Origin: Candidatus Lustribacter sp.
GTDB lineage: Bacteria; Vulcanimicrobiota; Vulcanimicrobiia; Vulcanimicrobiales; Vulcanimicrobiaceae
Assembly (NCBI GenBank): GCA_965277075.1
Contig: OZ255707.1
Span: 1,211,338-1,275,337 of the forward strand
Direction of reading: 5' to 3'
DNA length: 64,000 nt
Notes under the pieces: generated by a model
What the model saw: only the letters and a program-made list of their open reading frames with translations
Told to the model about the DNA's origin: nothing
Database searches by the model: none
Program-made: the position numbers and the translations under genes
Part shown: positions 37,413 through 46,593 of the stretch, piece after piece
Numbering within the stretch: the stretch's first letter is position 1
Layout: the number at the start of each line of letters is the position of its first letter

Positions 37413-37820
37413 GTCGATCGCATCGGTATATGACTGTTTGCCGCGGCCGGCGATCTGTGCGATGCAGACATCGGCAATCGTCGAGATACGGCGGAACGGC
37501 TCGCGTTCCTCAACGTTGCTGAGATGCACTTCGACGGTCGGAACGCGGACGGCGGCGATGCAATCGCGCAGCGCATACGACGTATGCCCGTACGCGCCGG
37601 GGTTGATCACCATACCGGCGGCCCATTGTCGCGCGCCCTGTATGCGGTCGATCAGCCGCCCTTCGTGATTCGATTGATAGCAGCGTACGCGCACGCCCTT
37701 GCTGCGAGCGTAATCGGCGACGTGCGCGTCGAGTTGCGCGAGCGTCAGCGTTCCATAGATTTCCGGTTCGCGTTCGCCGAGCAGGTTGAGATTCGGGCCA
37801 TGAACGACGAAAATCGTCAC
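37380..37820 (-). CDS. aroQ: Type II 3-dehydroquinate dehydratase
   Basis: [23 protein letters not shown]...[11 protein letters not shown]...[16 protein letters not shown]...VEVHLSN. Confidence 0.93.
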   Translation of the reverse strand: MTIFVVHGPNLNLLGEREPEIYGTLTLAQLDAHVADYARSKGVRVRCYQSNHEGRLIDRIQGARQWAAGMVINPGAYGHTSYALRDCIAAVRVPTVEVHLSNVEEREPFRRISTIADVCIAQIAGRGKQSYTDAIDLLISRGGALG

Positions 37821-38893
37821 GCGATGGCGGCGAGGGCACGGCGTAACGAGCGTTCGTCGACGTCGTCGACGAACGCTGCACCGGCGAGATCGCTGATCAC
37901 GATGAACCGCACGCGGCCGGCCTTGCGCTTCTTGTCCGATGCGGTCGCCGCGATGACCGTATCGGGCTCCGGATGGACGGGAGGCGTCGGAATCGCACGG
38001 ACGAGACGATCGATACGATCGGCGAGCTGCGCGTCCAGACCGCGCTCACGCGAAAGTGCGATCGCGGCGCGCATGCCGAGCGTGACGGCTTCGCCATGGC
38101 GCAGCGTGCCGTAGCCGCACGCTTTTTCGAGCGCGTGTCCGAACGTGTGGCCAAAGTTCAACACGGCGCGCCCGCCGGTCTCGTCGCGCTCGCGCTCGTC
38201 GGCTGCGACGACGCGAGCTTTCGCAGCGACGCAGCTTGCGACGATCGTCGCGAGCACATCCGGATCGGCCCGCAGCGCACGCGGCAATTCGCGTTCGAGA
38301 TATGCGAACAACGGCGGGTCCGCGACGATCGCCGTCTTCAGCGCTTCCCCGAGACCCGCCGCGAGATCGCGCGGATCGAGGGTCGCGAAGGCAGCCGGAT
38401 CGATCGCGACGAGAACCGGATGATGAAATGCACCGACGAGATTTTTCCCGGCCTCGATGTTGACGGCGGTTTTGCCGCCGACCGACGCGTCGACCGCCGC
38501 CAGCAAGGTCGTCGGCACCGCGCACCAGCGAATGCCGCGCAGGTACGCCGCGGCGACATAGCCCCCGAGGTCCGTCACGGTACCGCCGCCGACGGCGACG
38601 AGCAGCGTGTCGCGGTCGGCGTGCGCCGCGGCGAGCCAATCGAAAAGCAGCGCGGCGTTCGCGATCGTCTTGATCGCCTCGCCGCCCGCGACGCGACGCG
38701 TCGCGACGACGCGTTCGCCGAGCGCCGCGATGATGCGCGCGGCCAGCGGCTCGACGTTCGCGTCGTAGAGTACCGCGAACGCCGGCGCCGGAAGCGATTG
38801 CACCGCTCCGATCGTATCGCCGCCGATCGCGACGTCGTACGACCGCTCGTCGCCGAGATCGACGCGCACGCGCCGCGCGTCGCCCGCGATCAT
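37817..38893 (-). CDS. aroB: 3-dehydroquinate synthase
   Basis: 358 aa. Contains [27 protein letters not shown] and [15 protein letters not shown] overlaps occur on both sides. Confidence 0.92.
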   Translation of the reverse strand: MIAGDARRVRVDLGDERSYDVAIGGDTIGAVQSLPAPAFAVLYDANVEPLAARIIAALGERVVATRRVAGGEAIKTIANAALLFDWLAAAHADRDTLLVAVGGGTVTDLGGYVAAAYLRGIRWCAVPTTLLAAVDASVGGKTAVNIEAGKNLVGAFHHPVLVAIDPAAFATLDPRDLAAGLGEALKTAIVADPPLFAYLERELPRALRADPDVLATIVASCVAAKARVVAADERERDETGGRAVLNFGHTFGHALEKACGYGTLRHGEAVTLGMRAAIALSRERGLDAQLADRIDRLVRAIPTPPVHPEPDTVIAATASDKKRKAGRVRFIVISDLAGAAFVDDVDERSLRRALAAIA

Positions 38894-39420
38894 ACGCGTT
38901 GCTCCAGCGGACCGGCGCGACGCGCGAGCTCCGCCAGCACGGCCGCCGCGACGAGCCGTGGTGCGGGCGTCGCGCTGATCGTTATGTGCGCCGCGCGATA
39001 ACGCGCCTCGCGGCGAACGGCGAGTTCGCGAAGTCGCGCGAGCGGATCGCCGGCGAGGAGCGGCCGCGACGAAGCGGTCCCGACGCGTGCGGCGAGCGTC
39101 GCAACGGAAGCGTGCAGCCAGACCAGCATCTCCTGTCGGACATCGTCGAACGAATCGTCGTTTTCGAGCGCGCCGCCGCCGAGCGCGATCACGCAGGGAT
39201 CGTCGCGATCGAGCGCGCGCCGAACGGCCGCACGTTCGCGCGCACGGAACGCGGGCTCACCGTCCCGGACGAAAAGTTCGCTGACGCTCGCGCCCGCGTG
39301 CACTTCGACTTCACGGTCGATGTCGACGAACGCACGGCCGAGGTGTTTCGCGATCATCGTACCGACCGTCGACTTTCCCGATCCGGCGGTTCCGCACAAG
39401 ACGATATGCTCAGCGCGCAC
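38890..39420 (-). CDS. aroK: Shikimate kinase
   Basis: Walker A motif CGTAGSGKSTVG plus FVDIDREVE. The start is GTG 39420 or ATG 39438, overlapping the aroC end. Confidence 0.85.
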   Translation of the reverse strand: MRAEHIVLCGTAGSGKSTVGTMIAKHLGRAFVDIDREVEVHAGASVSELFVRDGEPAFRARERAAVRRALDRDDPCVIALGGGALENDDSFDDVRQEMLVWLHASVATLAARVGTASSRPLLAGDPLARLRELAVRREARYRAAHITISATPAPRLVAAAVLAELARRAGPLEQRV

Positions 39421-40582
39421 GGGCCCGCTCTCGCGCATATCCGACGCTCGTGTGCAGCGCATCGATCGTATCGGCGGGATAGGTTTCGAGCACCGCGTCG
39501 GCCAGGACGAGCGCCAGCAACGATTCGCCGATCACGGCTGCCGCCGGGACCGCGCAGACGTCGCTGCGTTCGATGTACGCATTCGTCGCTTCGCCGGAAC
39601 GGAGGTCGACCGAGGGCAGCGGTTTCATCAGCGTTGCGATCGGCTTCATCGCGGCGCGCACGACGACCGGCTGGCCTGTGCTGATGCCGCCCTCGACCCC
39701 GCCGGCGCGATTCGTCCCATAGGTTGCGCGCGCGCCGTCTGTCCCCGGAAAGTACGCATCGTGCACGGCCGACCCCGGCAGCGCCGCACCGCGAAAGCCC
39801 AGCCCGAGCTCGACGCCTTTGATCGCGTTGAGTGCGAGAAACGCTTCGCCGATACGGCCGTCGAGACGGCGGTCCCACTGCGCGTGCGATCCGACGCCGA
39901 TCGGCATTCCGGCGGCAACGACTTCGAAGATGCCGCCCAGCGTATCGCCCGCTTCGCGCGCCGCATCGATCTGAGCGACGATGCGATTCGCCGCGTTCGG
40001 GTCGAGGACGCGCACCGGCGACGCGTCGACGCGTTCGTTGAGCGTGGCGACGTCGCTGTCGAGCGGCGTCTCGTCGACCACTTCGCCGATACGCACGACG
40101 CGGCTCGCAATCGTCACCCCGATCTCGGCGAGTATCCGCCGCGCGATCGCGCCCAGCGCGACACGCATGGCGGTTTCGCGCGCACTCGCACGTTCCAGAA
40201 TGTCGCGCATATCGGGTCGGCTATACTTGATACCGCCGACGAGATCGGTGTGGCCCGGACGCGGAACGTAGACGGCTCGGGCCGCTTCATCGTCGCGCGG
40301 CTCGATCGCCATGATATCGAGCCATTTTTGATGGTCGCGATTTTCGATGAAGAGGGCGATCGGGCTGCCGATCGTTTCACCACGGCGCACGCCGCCGAGA
40401 ATCTTCACCTCGTCGGTTTCGATCTTCATGCGGTTGCCGCGACCGTAGCCCATTTTGCGCCGCACCGAATCGGCGTGAATGTGGTCGAGCGTAAGCTCCA
40501 GACCGGCCGGCACGCCTTCCATGATTCCGGTCAGCGCGGGTCCATGCGATTCACCGGCCGTAAGATAGCGTAACCTGCTCAC
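39410..40582 (-). CDS. aroC: Chorismate synthase
   Basis: The GTG at 40582 (GTGA overlap with the aroE stop) gives VSRLRYLTAGESHGPALTGIMEGVPAGL... Also contains GRSSARETA-like RASARETAMRV. The N-terminal part of the track ORF is a shadow extension. Confidence 0.92.
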   Translation of the reverse strand: MSRLRYLTAGESHGPALTGIMEGVPAGLELTLDHIHADSVRRKMGYGRGNRMKIETDEVKILGGVRRGETIGSPIALFIENRDHQKWLDIMAIEPRDDEAARAVYVPRPGHTDLVGGIKYSRPDMRDILERASARETAMRVALGAIARRILAEIGVTIASRVVRIGEVVDETPLDSDVATLNERVDASPVRVLDPNAANRIVAQIDAAREAGDTLGGIFEVVAAGMPIGVGSHAQWDRRLDGRIGEAFLALNAIKGVELGLGFRGAALPGSAVHDAYFPGTDGARATYGTNRAGGVEGGISTGQPVVVRAAMKPIATLMKPLPSVDLRSGEATNAYIERSDVCAVPAAAVIGESLLALVLADAVLETYPADTIDALHTSVGYARERARAR

Positions 40583-41412
40583 GAAGCCTCCACGAGCGCG
40601 GCGAGTCGCGTTTCGACCGCATCGTCGAGCACGACATCGCCGAACCAACAATGAAACGTCGCGATCGCCTGGGCGACGAGCATCGGCGTACCGTTGATGG
40701 CACGCCGGCCGGCTGACCGCGCAGCCCGGACGAACGGCGTCAGCGACGGTTTGTATTGCAGGTCGATGCACCAGCCGTCCGGCGAGCACGCGTTGACCGC
40801 CGACGCGACGGCCGCGCCGTCGCTCGTCGCATTAATCAGAATCGTCGAACCCTCGTCGACGTCGCCGGCGAGCAGCACCGTCGTCCCGACGTCGTGGCGC
40901 AAGTCGGCGATCAAAACGCGCGCATGTTCCGGCGTCCGGTTCTTGACCGTCACACTGGAGGCACCGCCGTGCGCGAGCGCGAGGACCGCCGCCCGTGCGG
41001 CCCCGCCGGCACCGAGCACAGTGGCCGTCGCCCCGCGCGGATCCGCCCCCGCGTATGCCAACAACGACGTCACGCCGCCGACATCGGTGTTCACGGCCGT
41101 CGCGCGGCCGTCGCAAAACACGATCACGTTGGCCGCGCCCACGATGCCGGCGTCCGGCGTCACCTCATCGGCCGCGGCGATCGCACGCGCCTTATGCGGA
41201 GCGGTCACATTCCACCCGTCGTATGTCCCGCGCGCGCGCGCAAATGCCGCTGCAAAATTCGTCGGAGTCAATTCGAGGCGCTCGTAGGTCAGGGGAATAC
41301 CGCTGGCGGCTGAGAGCGCCGCGAAAATCTCGGGCGAACGCGAGTGCGCGATCGGCTGGCCGACGACGGCGAAGCGCTTGACGGCCATCCGCGCGGCCGA
41401 TGCGGTACTCAT
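40579..41412 (-). CDS. aroE: Shikimate dehydrogenase
   Basis: The ATG at 41412 (ATGA overlap with the aroA stop) gives ...RFAVVGQPIAHSRSPEIFAA...WNVTAPHK...NTDVGG...GAGGAARA. Confidence 0.88.
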   Translation of the reverse strand: MSTASAARMAVKRFAVVGQPIAHSRSPEIFAALSAASGIPLTYERLELTPTNFAAAFARARGTYDGWNVTAPHKARAIAAADEVTPDAGIVGAANVIVFCDGRATAVNTDVGGVTSLLAYAGADPRGATATVLGAGGAARAAVLALAHGGASSVTVKNRTPEHARVLIADLRHDVGTTVLLAGDVDEGSTILINATSDGAAVASAVNACSPDGWCIDLQYKPSLTPFVRAARSAGRRAINGTPMLVAQAIATFHCWFGDVVLDDAVETRLAALVEAS

Positions 41413-42689
41413 GCGTCGCACAGCGCTGCGAGATCGGCGAAGAACGTCGGATGCGAAATCGCGACGCACTGCGCGTTGCCGACCGTAACGGCGTCGCTCG
41501 CGCCGAGCGCGGCGATTGCGAAGGCCATCGCAAGACGGTGATCCTCGCAACTGTCGACGCGTCCTCCGCGCAGCCGCGCGCCGCCGCGGACGTCGAAGCC
41601 GTCGCTGACCGTTGCAACGTCGGCACCGAGCACGCGGAGCCCGTCGACGAGCACGGCGATACGATCGCTTTCTTTCACGCGTAACTCGGCCGCGCCGCGC
41701 ACCGTTGTCGTCCCCGTCGCGTACGTCGCGACCACGCCGAGCAGCGGCAGTTCGTCGACGATCGCCGGAACGTCCGCTTCGCCGATCGCGATCGCACCCA
41801 GCGGCCGTTGCCGTACTTCGATGCGACCCATCGGTTCCGGATCGTTGCGTTCGACAACGACCGTGACGTCGGCACCCATACGTTCGAGCGCGGCGACGAA
41901 CCCGAGGCGCGTCGGATTGAGGTTGACGTCACGCACGACGATGCGGCTGCCGGGTACGATCGCGGCCGCCGCAAGCCAGAACGCGGCCGCCGACGGATCG
42001 CCCGGAACGTGCACGTCGGCGGCGTGGAGTGCTTGCGGCCCATCGATGACGATGACGTCGCGCTCGTCCCGCCGCACCGCGACGCCGAACTTCGGCAACA
42101 GGCGCAGCGTGTGGTCGCGCGCGTTGCCGCTGCCGGCGATCGTGGTGCGGCCGCTCGCACCGGTTGCCGCCAGGGTGAGCGAACTCGCGACCTGCGCGCT
42201 CGCAACGCGCATCTGAATCGCGCTGCCGTGTAACGCGTGCCCGCCGCGTACGTGCACCGGTGCGTTGCCCGCTTCGGTGTCGATCGCGGCTCCGAGTTCG
42301 GCCAGGGGATCTGCGACGCGCCGCATCGGACGCCGGCGCAGCGAGTCGTCGCCGTCGAGCGTTGCGGCGACGCCGCGTCCGGCGATGGCGCCCATCAACA
42401 GGCGCATCGTGGTTCCCGAATTGCCGCAATCGAGCGCGGCGGCCGGCGTCCGCCAGGCTCCGCCCCGAATTCGCACATCGCCGTTCGTGCGCACGACGTG
42501 TGCGCCGAGTGCAGCGACACACGCCATCGACGACGCGACGTCGGCGCCCGGCGCAACGTTGGTTATGTGCGACTCGCCTTCGCCCAACGCGGCGAAAATC
42601 ACGGCGCGGTGCGAAATCGATTTGTCGCCCGGAACGCGCGGCGCTTCATCGGCGAGTTTTCCCGCCGGCGCGACGACGTGTGAGCTCAC
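41409..42689 (-). CDS. aroA: 3-phosphoshikimate 1-carboxyvinyltransferase (EPSP synthase)
   Basis: The GTG at 42689 overlaps the upstream TAG. Contains VPGDKSISHRAVIFAAL...DCGNSGTTMRLLMG...RVKESDR...DHRLAMAFAIAAL. Confidence 0.92.
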   Translation of the reverse strand: MSSHVVAPAGKLADEAPRVPGDKSISHRAVIFAALGEGESHITNVAPGADVASSMACVAALGAHVVRTNGDVRIRGGAWRTPAAALDCGNSGTTMRLLMGAIAGRGVAATLDGDDSLRRRPMRRVADPLAELGAAIDTEAGNAPVHVRGGHALHGSAIQMRVASAQVASSLTLAATGASGRTTIAGSGNARDHTLRLLPKFGVAVRRDERDVIVIDGPQALHAADVHVPGDPSAAAFWLAAAAIVPGSRIVVRDVNLNPTRLGFVAALERMGADVTVVVERNDPEPMGRIEVRQRPLGAIAIGEADVPAIVDELPLLGVVATYATGTTTVRGAAELRVKESDRIAVLVDGLRVLGADVATVSDGFDVRGGARLRGGRVDSCEDHRLAMAFAIAALGASDAVTVGNAQCVAISHPTFFADLAALCDA

Positions 42690-44485
42690 TATTCGGCGTT
42701 CTCCTGGACCAGCGGGATCGCCGCCAGATCTGCAACGATCTGCTCGAAGTCCGCGAAGGTGAGCGCCTGTTCCGCGTCGCTCTTCGCGACGGCCGGATTC
42801 GGATGCACTTCGATCAAGATGCCGTTGGCCCCGACGGCTTTCGCCGCGCGGCACAACGGCCGGATCCAGCGCCGCACACCGACACCGTGCGACGGATCGA
42901 CCATGATCGGAAGATGCGTGCGTTCGCGAAGCACGGGCACGGCTGAGAGATCGAGCGTATTGCGCGTCGCGGTCTCAAACGTGCGAATACCGCGCTCACA
43001 GAGGACGACGTCGGGGTTGCCTTCCGCGAGGATATATTCCGCAGCACTGAGCAACTCGTCGATGCTCGCCGACATGCCGCGTTTGAGCAGCACCGGTTTC
43101 TGGGTCTTACCGACCGCTTTGAGCAAGTCGAAATTCTGCATGTTACGCGCGCCGATTTGGAACATGTCGACCGACGACTCCATGCGCTCGACCTGATCGA
43201 TGCTCATCACCTCGCTCACGATCGGCAGCCCGCTTTCACGTCCCGCCTCCGCCAAGAGCGCGAGACCATCCCAACCGAGCCCCTGGAACGCGTACGGCGA
43301 CGTGCGTGGTTTGAACGCACCGCCGCGCATCAGGACCGCGCCGTGCTCGGCGATCTCGTGCGCAACCGCGAGCACCTGTTCGCGTGACTCGACGCTGCAT
43401 GGGCCGGCCGCGATGATGAACGTGCCGTCTTCGATCACGATGTTCCCGACCTTCACGCGCGAGCGCGGCTGACCGGGTTCGCGCGTCACTTTCGGAAAGT
43501 TTTGCTTCTGCTTGCTCGCGGACGGCACGACGGCCGGCGTGTTATCGACGACGACGTCGATCACGCGGCGAAGGCGCGGCGGTGCTTGGTCCGCATCATA
43601 CGAGCCGATGACGTGCAACGTCGATGTGTCGTTTCGCAGGTCGCGCAGCGCCTGCGCGAAGGCCTCGTCGCGAACGTCGCCGTCGATGTCGGCGTAGAAC
43701 GCGAAGTCGCTCGTTCCGAGCCGCGACTTCGAGTCGAGCTTCGACACGTTGAGTCCGTTCTTGCCGAATGCGTCGAGCGAACGCGCCAGCGCGCCCGGCT
43801 TGTTCGCGACGGCGAACACGAGCGACGTTTTCCGGTGGTCCGTCGATGCGGCCGGTTCGAACTCGCGCGCCACGCCCTGCGCTGCCGGTGCACGGAAGAG
43901 TAGAAAGCGCGTCGTGTTGTCGGGATGATCGGCGATCGTGCCGGCAAGTTCGATCAGGCCGTAGCGTTCCGCCGCTTCGCGCGAGCAGATCGCCGCATGT
44001 GCCGGATTCTTCGCTGCGGCCACGTCGCGCGCGGCGATCGCGGTGTCGCCGACCGGCACGCGCTTCACGTCCGGCAGCGTCGCGAGGAACCGGCCGCATT
44101 CGGCCAGGACGATCGGATGCGAGGAAACTTCGCGAACGCCGTCGAGCGTCGCACCCGGAAGGCCGACGAGCCGGTGTTCGAGCCGCAAGACGACCTCGGC
44201 CAACGGATCGAGTTCGTATTCGGCGAGCACGTCGTAGCCCTCGCGAATCGTTCCGGCGATCGCGTTGTCGATCGGCAGCAGGCCGACGTCGGCGCGTCCG
44301 GCGAGGACGGCATGGGCGACGGCCCGGAACGACGGAGCGCCGAGCGGCGTGAACGATACGCCGCGGCGCGCCGCATAGCCGTCGAGGACGACGTGCGAGT
44401 ACGCGCCTTCAATGCCCTCGAACGCGGCGGTCAGCGTAAGGTGCGGGGCGTCTGCGATCCGGGCATCAGTGGCGGCGGTGGTCAT
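42689..44485 (-). CDS. Fusion protein: prephenate dehydratase + ACT domain + type Ibeta 3-deoxy-7-phosphoheptulonate (DAHP) synthase
   Basis: ATG 44485 is preceded by GGAG. The N-terminal half has PDT motifs (FEGIEGAYSH...LLPIDNAIAGTIREGY...TRFLLF) and an ACT domain (TSLVFAVANKPGALARSLDAFGKNGLNVSKLDSK). A linker follows, then DAHPS (IIAAGPCSVESREQ...LMRGGAFKPRTSPYAFQGLG...LLKRG...VDPSHG). It is one uninterrupted 598-codon frame. Confidence 0.85.
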   Translation of the reverse strand: MTTAATDARIADAPHLTLTAAFEGIEGAYSHVVLDGYAARRGVSFTPLGAPSFRAVAHAVLAGRADVGLLPIDNAIAGTIREGYDVLAEYELDPLAEVVLRLEHRLVGLPGATLDGVREVSSHPIVLAECGRFLATLPDVKRVPVGDTAIAARDVAAAKNPAHAAICSREAAERYGLIELAGTIADHPDNTTRFLLFRAPAAQGVAREFEPAASTDHRKTSLVFAVANKPGALARSLDAFGKNGLNVSKLDSKSRLGTSDFAFYADIDGDVRDEAFAQALRDLRNDTSTLHVIGSYDADQAPPRLRRVIDVVVDNTPAVVPSASKQKQNFPKVTREPGQPRSRVKVGNIVIEDGTFIIAAGPCSVESREQVLAVAHEIAEHGAVLMRGGAFKPRTSPYAFQGLGWDGLALLAEAGRESGLPIVSEVMSIDQVERMESSVDMFQIGARNMQNFDLLKAVGKTQKPVLLKRGMSASIDELLSAAEYILAEGNPDVVLCERGIRTFETATRNTLDLSAVPVLRERTHLPIMVDPSHGVGVRRWIRPLCRAAKAVGANGILIEVHPNPAVAKSDAEQALTFADFEQIVADLAAIPLVQENAE

Positions 44486-44502
44486 CGCGTCTCCATCATC
44501 AT

Positions 44503-44535
44503 AAAAAGAGAAAAACCCCTCGCGCCGGCGAGGGG
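44503..44535 (-). terminator. Intrinsic terminator (attenuator) immediately upstream of the aro operon
   Basis: Minus strand reads CCCCTCGC-CGGC-GCGAGGGG followed by TTTTTCTCTTTTT. It ends about 18 nt before ATG 44485. Confidence 0.7.
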
Positions 44536-44570
44536 CTCTTGCTGCGGTCGTCCGTGGATACGGACCGACG

Positions 44571-44648
44571 TTACGGCAAAGGCACTTCGCGCCGACGCGA
44601 TTGCGGCCGGCTAAAAAAGGCGAAGTAACCATAGTCGTAACGGAGCAT
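44571..44648 (-). CDS. Candidate Tyr/Phe-rich leader peptide (25 aa)
   Basis: ATG CTC CGT TAC GAC TAT GGT TAC TTC GCC TTT TTT AGC CGG CCG CAA TCG CGT CGG CGC GAA GTG CCT TTG CCG TAA translates to MLRYDYGYFAFFSRPQSRRREVPLP. There are 3 Tyr and 3 Phe codons within codons 4-12. Confidence 0.55.
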   Translation of the reverse strand: MLRYDYGYFAFFSRPQSRRREVPLP

Positions 44649-44656
44649 CCAAGCCG

Positions 44657-44686
44657 TTTCTACCACGGCCGCGTTCCGGCTGTCAA
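44657..44686 (-). promoter_or_regulatory. Putative promoter of the aro leader (TTGACA-18-TGgTAGAAA)
   Basis: On the minus strand, TTGACA is at 44686-44681 and an extended -10 (TGGTAGAAA) ends at 44657. The leader ATG follows 8 nt later with no SD, which suggests a leaderless or near-leaderless transcript. Confidence 0.4.
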
Positions 44687-44699
44687 TGTGCGGGCGCGG

Positions 44700-46517
44700 T
44701 CAGGCACTGCCGAGCGCGCGATCGAGGTAGAAGGCAGCGCTGATCAACGCCATGTGCGTGAACGCTTGCGGAAAGTTGCCCATGTGCTCGCCGGCCGTCC
44801 CGGTCTCTTCGGAAAAAAGTCCGAGATGATTCGCGTAGCCGAGCATCTTTTCGAAAAGGTACCGCGCTTTGGGCAAGTCGCCCGACCGCGCCACGCACTC
44901 GACGAACCAGAACGAACACATATTGAACGTTCCCTCGCCTCCGGCGATTCCGTCCGCACCGTCGCTGCCGCGATACCGGAAGACGAGACTGTCATCGGTC
45001 AGCTGGTCCTCGACGGCACGGAGTGTCGAGAGCCAGCGCGGGTCCGTCGGCGCGATGAAACGGACCAGCGGCATCAAGAGGCACGCGGCATCGAGCCGAT
45101 CGCTTCCCTCGGCTTGCACGAATGCGCCCAACGCTTCGTTCCAGAAACGCTCGTGGATGAACTGATAGAGGGCATCGCGTTGCGCGATCCAGGTTTCGAG
45201 CGGAGCCGGTAAGGACCGCTTCATCGCAACGCGCACGGCGCGGTCGAGAGCGACCCAGCACATCACCTTGGTGTGCAACAGACTTGCGCGCTCGCGGCGA
45301 AATTCCCAAATGCCGTCGTCGGGCAAGCTCCAGTTGGCGGCGACCCAATTGACGGTTCGTACGATGCCGTTCCACCCGCGCCAAGAAACCTGCTCGCCGT
45401 ATTTATCGGAGAGATACAACGAGTCCATGAACTCGCCGTAGATATCGATCTGCAGTTGATGTTCGGCTCCGTTGCCGATCCGCACCGGCCGCGAACCGGC
45501 GTATCCGTCGAGATGCGGCAGCTCCATTTCGGAGAGTTCGCTCCCGCCGTCGAGGCGATACACCGCTCGCAGCGTGCCGTCGGAACCCGAGTCTTCGGCG
45601 CGCGCCTGCAGCCAGCGCATGAACGCGTTCGCTTCGTCGACGTACCCGAGCCGCAGGAGCGCGTACACGGTGAAGGCGGAATCCCGCAGCCACGTGTACC
45701 GGTAGTCCCAGTTACGCGTTCCACCGGCGAGTTCGGGCAGGCCGAAGGTCGGCGCCGCCACGACCGAACCGTGGTCGACTGAGGTCAGCAATTTAAGCGT
45801 CAATGCGGATCGGTTGACGACTTCTCGCCACCTGCCGCGGTATGCCGAGCGTCCCGACCACGCACGCCAGAAATCGCACGTCGCCTTGAACGCTTGGGGC
45901 ACGTACTCGGCCGTGACCGCAACGCTTTGCGCGCCGTGCGCGGCGTCCTCGAGGATGAAAAACGCCGTGTCGCCCGCCGGCAGAACGAAGTCCGCCCGTG
46001 ACGCTCCGCCGTCGATCTCGAGCCGGACGTTCGAGCGCAAACGTAGGCGAATTCCACCCGGGCCGCCGGACGTGAAGACGTGCGAACCGTCTTCGGATTC
46101 CAGCCGATGTTCGGCCCGGCCGTAATCGAACGCCGGCGCGCACAGCATATGGAATCGGACGTCGTTGCGCACCGCCTTGATACGCCGAACCAGCCGCGGA
46201 CCACCGTCGGCATCACCGACGCTCATGAAGTCTGATATTTCCGCCACGCCGTCGCGCGAGAGGGCGCGCGTCAACAGCACGTTGGTTTCGTGAAAGTAGA
46301 GCTGCCGTGCCTGCGCGGCGTCGAAAGCGGCCGCTAATTCGAACCGTCCGCCGCGCTCGCGATCGAGCAACGAAGCAAAGATCGACGGACTATCAAATCG
46401 AGGCCAGCAGCAAAAGTCGATGGTTCCGGTCATATCGACAAGGGCGGCCGTTCGCATGTCGCCGACGATTCCGTGGTTCGCGATGGATTGCGACGTCACG
46501 GCAGGGATGTGACGCAC
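44700..46517 (-). CDS. Glycoside hydrolase family 15 (glucoamylase/trehalase-like)
   Basis: 605 aa. Contains ...HGIVGDMRTAALVDMTGTIDFCCWPRFDSPSIFASLLD...NWDYRYTWLRDSAFT...EGTFNMCSFWFVE...GNFPQAFTHMALI. The start is 46517 or GTG 46499. Confidence 0.88.
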   Translation of the reverse strand: MRHIPAVTSQSIANHGIVGDMRTAALVDMTGTIDFCCWPRFDSPSIFASLLDRERGGRFELAAAFDAAQARQLYFHETNVLLTRALSRDGVAEISDFMSVGDADGGPRLVRRIKAVRNDVRFHMLCAPAFDYGRAEHRLESEDGSHVFTSGGPGGIRLRLRSNVRLEIDGGASRADFVLPAGDTAFFILEDAAHGAQSVAVTAEYVPQAFKATCDFWRAWSGRSAYRGRWREVVNRSALTLKLLTSVDHGSVVAAPTFGLPELAGGTRNWDYRYTWLRDSAFTVYALLRLGYVDEANAFMRWLQARAEDSGSDGTLRAVYRLDGGSELSEMELPHLDGYAGSRPVRIGNGAEHQLQIDIYGEFMDSLYLSDKYGEQVSWRGWNGIVRTVNWVAANWSLPDDGIWEFRRERASLLHTKVMCWVALDRAVRVAMKRSLPAPLETWIAQRDALYQFIHERFWNEALGAFVQAEGSDRLDAACLLMPLVRFIAPTDPRWLSTLRAVEDQLTDDSLVFRYRGSDGADGIAGGEGTFNMCSFWFVECVARSGDLPKARYLFEKMLGYANHLGLFSEETGTAGEHMGNFPQAFTHMALISAAFYLDRALGSA

Positions 46518-46547
46518 AAAAAGAAGCCGGTCGCCGAAGCGACCGGC
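46515..46547 (-). terminator. Intrinsic terminator after the HiPIP gene
   Basis: Minus strand reads GCCGGTCGC-TTCG-GCGACCGGC followed by TTCTTTTTGTG, 46 nt after the HiPIP stop. Its U-tract abuts the GH15 start region. Confidence 0.6.
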
Positions 46548-46593
46548 CGCGTGAGTCGGGGCGCGCTAGTGTGCTGTCTTCTGAGACCGCACA

